Assembly (NCBI GenBank): GCA_964016885.1
Contig: OZ024743.1
Coordinates: forward strand, 137,268,001 to 137,332,000
DNA: 64,000 nt
Direction of reading: 5' to 3'
Origin: Eledone cirrhosa
Lineage: Eukaryota
Shown: piece by piece, positions 1 to 13,969 of the stretch
Layout: each line of letters opens with the position of its first letter
How positions within the stretch are numbered: the first letter of the stretch is position 1
Position numbers and translations under genes: made by a program
Notes under the pieces: model-generated
Told to the model about the DNA's origin: nothing
The model's database searches: none
The model's input: only the letters and a program-made list of their open reading frames with translations

Positions 1-1152
1 AAGCACCAAGCACCGAACACCAAGCACATTACACAAAGCACCAAACACCAAGCACCAAGTACCAAACACCAAGCACCAAACACCAAGCACCAAGAACCAA
101 GCAGCAAACACCAAGCACCAGGCACCAAGCACCAAACACCAAGCACCATGCACCAAGCACCAAGCCCCAAACACTTAAAACCAAGCACCAAGCACCAAGC
201 ACCAAACTCCAATCACCAAAAACCAAACACCAAGCACCAAGTACCAAACACCAAGCACCAAGCACCAAACACCAAGCACCAAGCACCAATCACCAAACAC
301 CAAGAACCAAGCACCAAACACCAAGCACCAAGCACCAAGCACCAGGCACCAAGCACCAAGCACCAAACACAAAACACCAAGCACCAAGCACCAAGCAGCA
401 AACACCAAGCATCAAACACCAAACACCAAACACCAAGCACCAAACACCAAGCACCAAGCACCAAACACCAAACACCAAGCCCCAAGCACCAAGCACCAAA
501 TACCAAACACCAAGTACCAAGCACCAAACACCAAGCACCAAGCACCAAGCACCTAGCACCAAACACCAAACACAAAGCACCAAGCACCAAACACCAAGCA
601 CCAATCACCAAGCACCAAACACCAAGCAGCAAGCAGCAAGCACCAAACACCAAACACCAAGAACCAAGCACCAAGCACCAAGCACCGAACACCAAGCACA
701 TTACACAAAGCACCAAACACCAAGCACCAAGTACCAAACACCAAGCACCAAACACCAAGCACCAAGAACCAAGCAGCAAACACCAAGCACCAGGCACCAA
801 GCACCAAACACCAAGCACCATGCACCAAGCACCAAGCCCCAAACACTTAAAACCAAGCACCAAGCACCAAGCACCAAACTCCAATCACCAAAAACCAAAC
901 ACCAAGCACCAAGTACCAAACACCAAGCACCAAGCACCAAACACCAAGCACCAAGCACCAATCACCAAATACCAAGAACCAAGCACCAAACACCAAGCAC
1001 CAAGCACCAAGCACCAGGCACCAAGCACCAAGCACCAAACACAAAACACCAAGCACCAAGCACCAAGCAGCAAACACCAAGCATCAAACACCAAACACCA
1101 AACACCAAGCACCAAACACCAAGCACCAAGCACCAAACACCAAACACCAAGC
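1..1152 (+). repeat. 672-bp (96-unit) tandem duplication, first copy truncated by the window edge
   Basis: Landmark CACATTA-CACAAAG at 25 and 697. CACCATG...CCCCAAA-CACTTAA with its ATG at 148 and 820. Identical track ORFs 29..289/701..961 and 175..408/847..1080 are offset by 672. Confidence 0.9.
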
Positions 1153-3070
1153 ACCAAGCACCAAGCACCAAACACCAAACACCAAGCACCAAACATCAGA
1201 TACCAATCACCAAGCACCAAACACCAAACACCAAGCATCAAGCACCAAACACCAAACAACAAGCACCAGGCACCAAGCACCAAACACCAAACACCAAGCA
1301 CCAAGCACCAAACACCAAACACCAAGCATGCAGCATCAAACACCAAGCACCAAGCACCAAGCACCAAACACCAAGCACCATACACCAAACACCAACCACC
1401 AAACACAAAGCACCAAGCACCAAACACCAAGTACCAAGCACCAAACACCAAACACCAAGCACCAAACACCAAACCACAAGCACCAAACACCAAACCCCAA
1501 GCACCAAGCACCAAACACTAATCACCAAGCACCAAGCACCAAACAACAAGCACCAAGCACCAAGCACCAGGCACCAAGCACCAAGCACCAAACACTAATC
1601 ACCAAGCACCAAGCACCAAGCACCAAGCACCAAGCACAAAGCACCAAACACCAAACACCAAGATCCAAAGACCAAGCACCAAGCACGAAGCACCAAGCAC
1701 CAAACAATAAGCACCAAGCACCAAACACCAAGCACCAAGCACCAAACACCAACCACCCAGCACCAAGCACCAAGCACCAAACACCAAGCACCAAACACCA
1801 AACACCAAGCACCAAGGACCAAACATCAAACACCAAGCACCAAGCACCAAACACCTAACACCAAGCACCAAGTACCAAGCACCAAGCACCAAACACCAAG
1901 CACCAGGCACCAAGCACCAAAAACCAAGCACCAAGCACCAAACACCAAGCACCAAACACAAAGCACCAAGCACCAAACACCAAACCCCAAGCACCAAACA
2001 CCAAACCTCAAGCACCAAGCACCAAACACTAATCACCAAGCACCAAGCACCAAACAACAAGCACAAAGCACCAAACACCAAACACCAACCACCAAGCACT
2101 AAGCACCAAACACCAAGCACCAAGCACTAAGCACCAAACACAAAACACCAAGCACCAAGCACCAAACACCAAGCACCAATCACCAAGCACCAAACACCAA
2201 GCAGCAAGCAGCAAGCACCAAACACCAAACACCAAGAACCAAGCACCAAGCACCAAGCACCGAACACCAAGCACATTACACAAAGCACCAAACACCAAGC
2301 ACCAAGTACCAAACACCAAGCACCAAACACCAAGCACCAAGAACCAAGCAGCAAACACCAAGCACCAGGCACCAAGCACCAAACACCAAGCACCATGCAC
2401 CAAGCACCAAGCCCCAAACACTTATAACCAAGCACCAAGCACCAAGCACCAAACTCCAATCACCAAAAACCAAACACCAAGCACCAAGTACCAAACACCA
2501 AGCACCAAGCACCAAACACCAAGCACCAAGCACCAATCACCAAACACCAAGAACCAAGCACCAAACACCAAGCACCAAGCACCAAGCAGCAGGCACCAAG
2601 CACCAAGCACCAAACACAAAACACCAAGCACCAAGCACCAAGCAGCAAACACCAAGCATCAAACACCAAACACCAAACACCAAGCACCAAACACCAAGCA
2701 CCAAGCACCAAACACCAAACACCAAGCACCAAGCACCAAGCACCAAACACCAAACACCAAGCACCAAACATCAGATACCAAGCACCAAGCACCAAACACC
2801 AAACACCAAGCATCAAGCACCAAACACCAAACAACAAGCACCAGGCACCAAGCACCAAACACCAAACACCAAGCACCAAGCACCAAACACCAAACACCAA
2901 GCATGCAGCATCAAACACCAAGCACCAAGCACCAAGCACCAAACACCAAGCACCAAGCACCAAACACCAACCACCAAACACAAAGCACCAAGCACCAAAC
3001 ACCAAGTACCAAGCACCAAACACCAAACACCAAGCACCAAACACCAAACCACAAGCACCAAACACCAAGC
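575..3070 (+). repeat. ~0.9-kb block repeated at a 1575-bp (225-unit) offset (about 575-1495 and 2150-3070)
   Basis: CACATTA at 697/2272, CATCAGA at 1194/2769 and CATGCAG at 1327/2902 are all offset by 1575. Confidence 0.85.
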
Positions 3071-3159
3071 ACCAGGCACCAAGCACCAAGCACCAAACAC
3101 TAATCACCAAGCACCAAGCACCAAGCACCAAACACAAAGCACGCAGCATCAAACACCAA

Positions 3160-6100
3160 GCACCAGGTACCAAGCACCAAACACCAAACACCAAGCACGC
3201 AGCATCAAACACCAAGCACCAAGCACCAAGCACCAAACACCAAGTACCAAGCACCAAGCACCAAGCACCAAACACCAAACACCAAGCACCAAACACCAGC
3301 CACCAAGCACCAAGCAGCAAACACCAAACACCAAGCACCAAGCACCAAACACCAAACAACAAGCACCAGGCACCAAGCACCAAACACCAAACACCAAGCA
3401 CGCATCACCAAGCACCAAGCACCAAGCACCAAGCACCAAACACCAAGCACCAAGCACAAAGCACCAAACACCAAACACCAAACACCAAGCACCAAGAACC
3501 AAACACCAAACACCAAGCACCAAGCACCAAACACCAAGCACCAAACACCAAACCCCAAGCACCAATCACCAAACACTAATCACCAAGCACCAAGCACCAA
3601 ACACCGAGCACCAAGCAGCAAGAACCAAACACCAAGCACCAAGCACCAAGCACCAAGCACCAAGCACCAAACACCAAGCACCAAGCACCAAACACCAAAC
3701 CCCAAGCACCAAAGACCAAGCACCAAGCACCAAGGACCAAACACCAAGCACCAAGCACCAAGCACCAAACACCAAGCACCAAGCACCAAACACCCAGCAC
3801 CAAGCACCAAGCACCAAACACCAAACACCAAGCACGCAGCATCAAACACCAAGCACCAAGCACCAAGCACCAAACACCAAGCACCAAGCACCAAGCACCA
3901 AGTACCAAACACCAACCACCAAGCACCAAACACCAAACACCAAGCACCAAGCACCAAGCACGAAACACCAGGCACCAAGCACCAAGCACCAAACACCAAA
4001 CACCAAGCACCAACCACCAGCCACCAAGCACCAAGCACCAAACACCAAACACCAAGCACTAAGCACCAAACACCAAACAGCAAGCACCAGGCACCAAACA
4101 ACAAGCACCAAACACCAAACACCAAGCACTAAGCACCAAACAACAAGCACCAGGCACCAAGCAGCAAGCACCAAACACCAAGCACCAAGCACCAAGCACC
4201 AAGCACCAAACACCAAACACCAAGCACGCAGCACCAAACACCAAGCACCAAGCACCAAGCACCAAACACCAAGCACCAAGCACCAAGCACCAAACACCAA
4301 ACACCAAACACCAAGCACCAAGAACCAAACACCAAACACCAAACAGCAAGCACCAAGCACCAAACACCAAGCACCAATCACCAAACACTAATCACCAAGC
4401 ACCAAGCACCAAACACCAAACACCAAGCACCAAGCACCAAACACCAAGCACCAATCACCAAGCACCAAACACCAAGCAGCAAGCAGCAAGCACCAAACAC
4501 CAAACACCAAGAACCAAGCACCAAGCACCAAGCACCGAACACCAAGCACATTACACAAAGCACCAAACACCAAGCACCAAGTACCAAACACCAAGCACCA
4601 AACACCAAGCACCAAGAACCAAGCAGCAAACACCAAGCACCAGGCACCAAGCACCAAACACCAAGCACCATGCACCAAGCACCAAGCCCCAAACACTTAA
4701 AACCAAGCACCAAGCACCAAGCACCAAACTCCAATCACCAAAAACCAAACACCAAGCACCAAGTACCAAACACCAAGCACCAAGCACCAAACACCAAGCA
4801 CCAAGCACCAATCACCAAACACCAAGAACCAAGCACCAAACACCAAGCACCAAGCACCAAGCACCAAGCACCAGGCACCAAGCACCAAGCACCAAACACA
4901 AAACACCAAGCACCAAGCACCAAGCAGCAAACACCAAGCATCAAACACCAAACACCAAACACCAAGCACCAAACACCAAGCACCAAGCACCAAACACCAA
5001 ACACCAAGCACCAAGCACCAAGCACCAAACACCAAACACCAAGCACCAAACATCAGATACCAAGCACCAAGCACCAAACACCAAACACCAAGCATCAAGC
5101 ACCAAACACCAAACAACAAGCACCAGGCACCAAGCACCAAACACCAAACACCAAGCACGAAGCACCAAACACCAAACACCAAGCATGCAGCATCAAACAC
5201 CAAGCACCAAGCACCAAGCACCAAACACCAAGCACCAAGCACCAAACACCAACCACCAAACACAAAGCACCAAGCACCAAACACCAAGTACCAAGCACCA
5301 AACACCAAACACCAAGCACCAAACACCAAACCACAAGCACCAAACACCAAGCACCAGGCACCAAGCACCAAGCACCAAACACTTATCACCAAGCACCAAG
5401 CACCAAGCACCAAACACAAAGCACCAAGCACCAAGCACCCAAACACCAAGCACCAAGCACCAAACACCAAACACCAAGATCCAAAGACCAAGCACCAAGC
5501 ACGAAGCACCAAGCACCAAACAATAAGCACCAAGCACCAAACACCAAGCACCAAGCACCAAACACCAACCACCCAGCACCAAGCACCAAGCACCAAACAC
5601 CAAGCACCAAACACCAAACACCAAGCACCAAGCACCAAGCGCCAAGCACCAAACACCAAGCACCAAGCACTAAGCACCAAACACCAAGCCCCAAGCAGCA
5701 AGCACCAAACACCAAACACCAAGCACCAAGCACCAAGCACCAAGCACCAAGCACCAAGCACCTAGCACCAAACACCAAACACCAAGCACCAAGCACCAAA
5801 CACCAAGCACCAATCACCAAGCACCAAACACCAAGCAGCAAGCAGCAAGCACGAAACACCAAACACCAAGCACCAAGCACCAAACACCAAGCACCAAGGA
5901 CCAAACATCAAACACCAAGCACCAAGCACCAAACACCTAACACCAAGCACCAAGCACCAAGCACCGAACACCAAGCACCAAACACCAAGCACCAAACACC
6001 AAGCACCAAGCACCAAACACCAAGCACCAAACACCAAGCACCAAGCACCAAACACCAAGCACCAGGCACCAAGCACCAAACACCAAGCACCATGCACCAA

Positions 6101-9100
6101 GCCCCAATCCCCAAACACTTAACACCAAGCACCAAAAACCAAACACCAAGCACCAACTACTAAACACCAAGCACCAAGCACCAAACACAAGCACCAAGCA
6201 CCAATCACCAAACACCAAGAACCAAGCACCAAACACCAAGCACCAAGGACCAAGCACCAGGCACCAAGCACCAATCACCAAACACAAAACACCAAGCACC
6301 AAGCACCAAGCAGCAAACACCAAGCATCAAACACCAAACACCAAACACCAAGCACCAAACACCAAGCACCAAGCACCAAACACCAAACACCAAGCACCAA
6401 GCACCAAGAACCAAACACCAAACACCAAGCACCAAACACCAAACACCAAGCACCAAGCACCAAACACCAAACAACAAGCACCAGGTACCAAGCACCAAAC
6501 ACCAAACACCAAGCACGCAGCATCAAACACCAAGCACCAAGCACCAAGCACCAAACACCAAGTACCAAGCACCAAGCACCAAGCACCAAACACCAAACAC
6601 CAAGCACCAAACACCAGCCAACAAGCACCAAGCACCAAACACCAAACACCAAGCACCAAGCACCAAAAACCAAACAACAAGCACCAGGCACCAAGCACCA
6701 AACACCAAACACCAAGCACGCATCACGCATCACCAAGCACCAAGCACCAAGCACCAAACACCAAGCACCAAGCACCAAGCACCAAACACCAAACACCAAA
6801 CACCAAGCACCAAGAACCAAACACCAAACACCAAGCACCAAGCACCAAACACCAAGCACCAAACACCAAACCCCAAGCACCAATCACCAAACACTAATCA
6901 CCAAGCACCAAGCACCAAACACCGAGCACCAAGCAGCAAGCACCAAACACCAAGCACCAAGCACCAAGCACCAAGCACCAAGCACCAAACACCAAGCACC
7001 AAGCACCAAACACCAAACCCCAAGCACCAAAGACCAAGCACCAAGCACCAAGGACCAAACACCAAGCACCAAGCACCAAGCACCAAACACCAAGCACCAA
7101 GCACCAAACACCCAGCACCAAGCACCAAGCACCAAACACCAAACACCAAGCACGCAGCATCAAACACCAAGCACCAAGCACCAAGCACCAAACACCAAGC
7201 ACCAAGCACCAAGCACCAAGTACCAAACACCAACCACCAAGCACCAAACACCAAACACCAAGCACCAAGCACCAAGCACGAAACACCAGGCACCAAGCAC
7301 CAAGCACCAAACACCAAACACCAAGCACCAAACACCAGCCACCAAGCACCAAGCACCAAACACCAAACACCAAGCACTAAGCACCAAACACCAAACAGCA
7401 AGCACCAGGCACCAAACAACAAGCACCAAACATCAAACACCAAGCACTAAGCACCAAACAACAAGCACCAGGCACCAAGCAGCAAGCACCAAACACCAAG
7501 CACCAAGCACCAAGCACCAAGCACCAAACACCAAACACCAAGCACGCAGCACCAAACACCAAGCACCAAGCACCAAGCACCAAACACCAAGCACCAAGCA
7601 CCAAGCACCAAACACCAAACACCAAACACCAAGCACCAAGAACCAAACACCAAACACCAAGCAGCAAGCACCAAGCACCAAACACCAAGCACCAATCACC
7701 AAACACTAATCACCAAGCACCAAGCACCAAACACCAAACACCAAGCACCAAGCACCAAACACCAAGCACCAATCACCAAGCACCAAACACCAAGCAGCAA
7801 GCAGCAAGCACCAAACACCAAACACCAAGAACCAAGCACCAAGCACCAAGCACCGAACACCAAGCACATTACACAAAGCACCAAACACCAAGCACCAAGT
7901 ACCAAACACCAAGCACCAAACACCAAGCACCAAGAACCAAGCAGCAAACACCAAGCACCAGGCACCAAGCACCAAACACCAAGCACCATGCACCAAGCAC
8001 CAAGCCCCAAACACTTAAAACCAAGCACCAAGCACCAAGCACCAAACTCCAATCACCAAAAACCAAACACCAAGCACCAAGTACCAAACACCAAGCACCA
8101 AGCACCAAACACCAAGCACCAAGCACCAATCACCAAACACCAAGAACCAAGCACCAAACACCAAGCACCAAGCACCAAGCACCAGGCACCAAGCACCAAG
8201 CACCAAACACAAAACACCAAGCACCAAGCACCAAGCAGCAAACACCAAGCATCAAACACCAAACACCAAACACCAAGCACCAAACACCAAGCACCAAGCA
8301 CCAAACACCAAACACCAAGCACCAAGTACCAAGCACCAAACACCAAACACCAAGCACCAAACATCAGATACCAAGCACCAAGCACCAAACACCAAACACC
8401 AAGCATCAAGCACCAAACACCAAACAACAAGCACCAGGCACCAAGCACCAAACACCAAACACCAAGCACCAAGCACCAAACACCAAACACCAAGCATGCA
8501 GCATCAAACACCAAGCACCAAGCACCAAGCACCAAACACCAAGCACCAAGCACCAAACACCAACCACCAAACACAAAGCACCAAGCACCAAACACCAAGT
8601 ACCAAGCACCAAACACCAAACACCAAGCACCAAACACCAAACCACAAGCACCAAACACCAAGCACCAGGCACCAAGCACCAAGCACCAAAACACTAATCA
8701 CCAAGCACCAAGCACCAAGCACCAAACACAAAGCACCAAGCACCAAGCACCAAACACCAAGCACCAAGCACCAAACACCAAACACCAAGATCCAAAGACC
8801 AAGCACCAAGCACGAAGCACCAAGCACCAAACAATAAGCACCAAGCACCAAACACCAAGCACCAAGCACCAAACACCAACCACCCAGCACCAAGCACCAA
8901 GCACCAAACACCAAGCACCAAACACCAAACACCAAGCACCAAGCACCAAGCGCCAAGCACCAAACACCAAGCACCAAGCACTAAGCACCAAACACCAAGC
9001 CCCAAGCAGCAAGCACCAAACACCAAACACCAAGCACCAAGCACCAAGCACCAAGCACCAAGCACCAAGCACCTAGCACCAAACACCAAACACCAAGCAC

Positions 9101-12100
9101 CAAGCACCAAACACCAAGCACCAATCACCAAGCACCAAACACCAAGCAGCAAGCAGCAAGCACGAAACACCAAACACCAAGCACCAAGCACCAAACACCA
9201 AGCACCAAGGACCAAACATCAAACACCAAGCACCAAGCACCAAACACCTAACACCAAGCACCAAGCACCAAGCACCGAACACCAAGCACCAAACACCAAG
9301 CACCAAACACCAAGCACCAAGCACCAAACACCAAGCACCAAACACCAAGCACCAAGCACCAAACACCAAGCACCAGGCACCAAGCACCAAACACCAAGCA
9401 CCATGCACCAAGCCCCAATCCCCAAACACTTAACACCAAGCACCAAGCACCAAACACCAAGCACCAAAAACCAAACACCAAGCACCAACTACTAAACACC
9501 AAGCACCAAGCACCAAACACAAGCACCAAGCACCAATCACCAAACACCAAGAACCAAGCACCAAACACCAAGCACCAAGGACCAAGCACCAGGCACCAAG
9601 CACCAATCACCAAACACAAAACACCAAGCACCAAGCACCAAGCAGCAAACACCAAGCATCAAACACCAAACACCAAACACCAAGCACCAAACACCAAGCA
9701 CCAAGCACCAAACACCAAACACCAAGCACCAAGCACCAAGAACCAAACACCAAACACCAAGCACCAAACACCAAACACCAAGCACCAAGCACCAAACACC
9801 AAACAACAAGCACCAGGTACCAAGCACCAAACACCAAACACCAAGCACGCAGCATCAAACACCAAGCACCAAGCACCAAGCACCAAACACCAAGTACCAA
9901 GCACCAAGCACCAAGCACCAAACACCAAACACCAAGCACCAAACACCAGCCACCAAGCACCAAGCACCAAACACCAAACACCAAGCACCAAGCACCAAAC
10001 ACCAAACAACAAGCACCAGGCACCAAGCACCAAACACCAAACACCAAGCACGCATCACCAAGCACCAAGCACCAAGCACCAAGCACCAAACACCAAGCAC
10101 CAAGCACCAAGCACCAAACACCAAACACCAAACACCAAGCACCAAGAACCAAACACCAAACACCAAGCACCAGGCACCAAACACCAAGCACCAAACACCA
10201 AACCCCAAGCACCAATCACCAAACACTAATCACCAAGCACCAAGCACCAAACACCGAGCACCAAGCAGCAAGCACCAAACACCAAGCACCAAGCACCAAG
10301 CACCAAGCACCAAACAACAAGCACCAAGCACCAAACACCAAACCCCAAGCACCAAAGACCAAGCACCAAGCACTAAGGACCAAACACCAAGCACCAAGCA
10401 CCAAGCACCAAACACCAAGCACCAAGCACCAAACACCCAGCACCAAGCACCAAGCACCAAACACCAAACACCAAGCACGCAGCATCAAACACCAAGCACC
10501 AAGCACCAAGCACCAAACACCAAGCACCAAGCACCAAGCACCAAGTACCAAACACCAACCACCAAGCACCAAACACCAAACACCAAGCACCAAGCACCAA
10601 GCACGAAACACCAGGCACCAAGCACCAAGCACCAAACACCAAACACCAAGCACCAAACACCAGCCACCAAGCACCAAGCACCAAACACCAAACACCAAGC
10701 ACTAAGCACTAAACACCAAACAGCAAGCACCAGGCACCAAACAACAAGCACCAAACACCAAACACCAAGCACTAAGCACCAAACAACAAGCACCAGGCAC
10801 CAAGCAGCAAGCACCAAACACCAAGCACCAAGCACCAAGCACCAAGCACCAAACACCAAACACCAAGCACGCAGTACCAAACACCAAGCACCAAGCACCA
10901 AGCACCAAACACCAAGCACCAAGCACCAAGCACCAAACACCAAACACCAAACACCAAGCACCAAGAACCAAACACCAAACACCAAACAGCAAGCACCAAG
11001 CACCAAACACCAAGCACCAATCACCAAACACTAATCACCAAGCACCAAGCACCAAACACCAAGCACCAAGCAGCAAGCACCAAACACCAAGCACCAAGCA
11101 CCAAGCACCAAGCACCAAACACCAAGCACCAAGCACCAAACACCAAACCCCAAGCACCAAAGTCCAAGCACCTAGCACCAAGGACCAAACACCAAGCACC
11201 AAGCACCAAGCACCAAACACCTAGCACCAAGCACCAAACACCCAGCACCAAGCACCAAGCAACAAACACCAAGCACCAAGCACCAAACACCAAACACCAA
11301 ACACCAAGCACCAAGCACCAAACAGCAAGCACCAAACACCAAGCACCAAACACCAAGCACCAAATACCAAGTCCCACGCACCAAGCACCAAACACCAAAC
11401 ACCAAGCACCAAGCACCAAATACCAAGCACAAAGCACCAAGCCCCTAGCACCAAACACCAAACACCAAGCAAAAAGCACAAAACACCAAGCACCAATCAC
11501 CAAGCACCAAACACCAAGCAGCAAGCAGCAAGCACCAAACACGAACGACCAAGCACCAAGCCCCAAATACCAAACACCAAGCACCAAGGACCAAACATCA
11601 AACACCAAGCACCAAGCACCAAACGCCTAACACCAAGCACCAAGCACCAAGCACCAAGCACCAAACACCAAGCACCAAGCACCAATCACCAAACACCAAG
11701 AACCAAGCACCAAACACCAAGCACCAAGCACCAAGCACCAGGCACCAAGCACCAAGCACCAAACACAAAACACCAAGCACCAAGCACCAAGCAGCAAACA
11801 CCAAGCATCAAACACCAAACACCAAACACCAAGCACCAAACATTAGATACAAAGCACCAAGCACCAAACACCAAACACCAAGCATCAAGCACCAAACACC
11901 AAACAACAAGCACCAGGCACCAAGCACCAAACACCAAACACCAAGCACCAAGCACCAAACACCAAACACCAAGCATGCAGCATCAAACACCAAGCACCAA
12001 GCACCAAGCACCAAACACCAAGCACCAAGCACCAAACACCAACCACCAAACACAAAGCACCAAGCACCAAACACCAAGTACCAAGCACCAAACACCAAAC

Positions 12101-13900
12101 ACCAAGCACCAAACACCAAACCACAAGCACCAAACACCAAACCCCAAGCACCAAGCACCAAACACTAATCACCAAGCACCAAGCACCAAACAACAAGCAC
12201 CAAGCACCAAGCACCAGGCACCAAGCACCAAGCACCAAACACTAATCACCAAGCACCAAGCACCAAGCACCAAACACAAAGCACCAAGCACCAAGCACCA
12301 AACACCAAGCACCAAGCACCAAACACCAAACACCAAGATCCAAAGACCAAGCACCAAGCACCAAGCACCAAGCACCAAACAATAAGCACCAAGCACCAAA
12401 CACCAACCACCCAGCACCAAGCACCAAGCACCAAACACCAAGCACCAAACACCAAACACCAAGCACCAAGCACCAAGCGCCAAGCACCAAACAGCAAGCA
12501 CCAAGCACTAAGCACCAAACACCAAGCCCCAAGCAGCAAGCACCAAACACCAAACACCAAGCACCAAGCACCAAGCACCAAGCACCAAGCACCAAGCACC
12601 TAGCACCAAACACCAAACACCAAGCACCAAGCACCAAACACCAAGCACCAATCACCAAGCACCAAACACCAAGCAGCAAGCAGCAAGCACCAAACACCAA
12701 ACATCAAGCACCAAGCACCAAACACCAAGCACCAAGGACCAAACATCAAACACCAAGCACCAAGCACCAAACACCTAACACCAAGCACCAAGCACCAAGC
12801 ACCGAACACCAAGCACCAAACACCAAGCACCAAATACCAAGCACCAAGCACCAAACACCAAGCACCAAACACCAAGCACCAAGCACCAAGCACCAAACAC
12901 CAAGCACCAGGCACCAAGCACCAAACACCAAGCACCATGCACCAAGCACCAATCCCCAAACACTTAACACCAAGCACCAAGCACCAAACACCAAGCACCA
13001 AAAACCAAACACCAAGCACCAACTACTAAACACCAAGCACCAAGCACCAAACACAAGCACCAAGCACCAATCACCAAACACCAAGAACCAAGCACCAAAC
13101 ACCAAGCACCAAAGACCAAGCACCAGGCACCAAGCACCAATCACCAAACACAAAACACCAAGCACCAAGCACCAAGCAGCAAACACCAAGCATCAAACAC
13201 CAAACACCAAACACCAAGCACCAAACACCAAGCACCAAGCACCAAACACCAAACACCAAGCACCAAGCACCAAGCACCAAACACCAAACACCAAGCACCA
13301 AACACCAAACACCAAGCATCAAGCACCAAACACCAAACAACAAGCACCAGGTACCAAGCACCAAACACCAAACACCAAGCACGCAGCATCAAACACCAAG
13401 CACCAAGCACCAAGCACCAAACACCAAGTACCAAGCACCAAGCACCAAGCACCAAACACCAAACACCAAGCACCAAACACCAGCCACCAAGCACCAAGCA
13501 CCAAACACCAAACACCAAGCACCAAGCACCAAACACCAAACAACAAGCACCAGGCACCAAGCACCAAACACCAAACACCAATCACGCATCACCAAGCACC
13601 AAGCACCAAGCACCAAGCACCAAACACCAAGCACCAAGCACCAAGCACCAAACACCAAACACCAAACACTAAGCACCAAGAACCAAACACCAAACACCAA
13701 GCACCAAGCACCAAACACCAAGCACCAAACACCAAACCCCAAGCACCAATCACCAAACACTAATCACCAAGCACCAAGCACCAAACACCGAGCACCAAGC
13801 AGCAAGCACCAAACACCAAGCACCAAGCACCAAGCACCAAGCACCAAACACCAAGCACCAAGCACCAAACGCCAAACCCCAAGTACCAAAGACCAAGCAC
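3160..13900 (+). repeat. Higher-order repeat of ~3.3-3.5 kb, three copies plus a partial fourth
   Basis: GGTACC at 3166, 6484, 9816 and 13350 (spacing 3318, 3332, 3534). GATCCAAAGACC at 5478, 8789 and 12337. CACATTA at 4547/7865 (3318). A shared 6-bp unit CACAAG at 6186, 9518 and 13052. Confidence 0.88.
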
Positions 13901-13969
13901 CAAGCACCAAGGACCAAACACCAAGCACCAAGCACCAAACACCAAGCACCAAGCACCAAACACCAAGCA

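Noticed and set aside
148-1521. RNA polymerase II CTD-like heptad repeat
   Set aside because: The heptad HQAPSTK does not match YSPTSPS. The 7-aa period is the arithmetic result of 3 x 7 nt.
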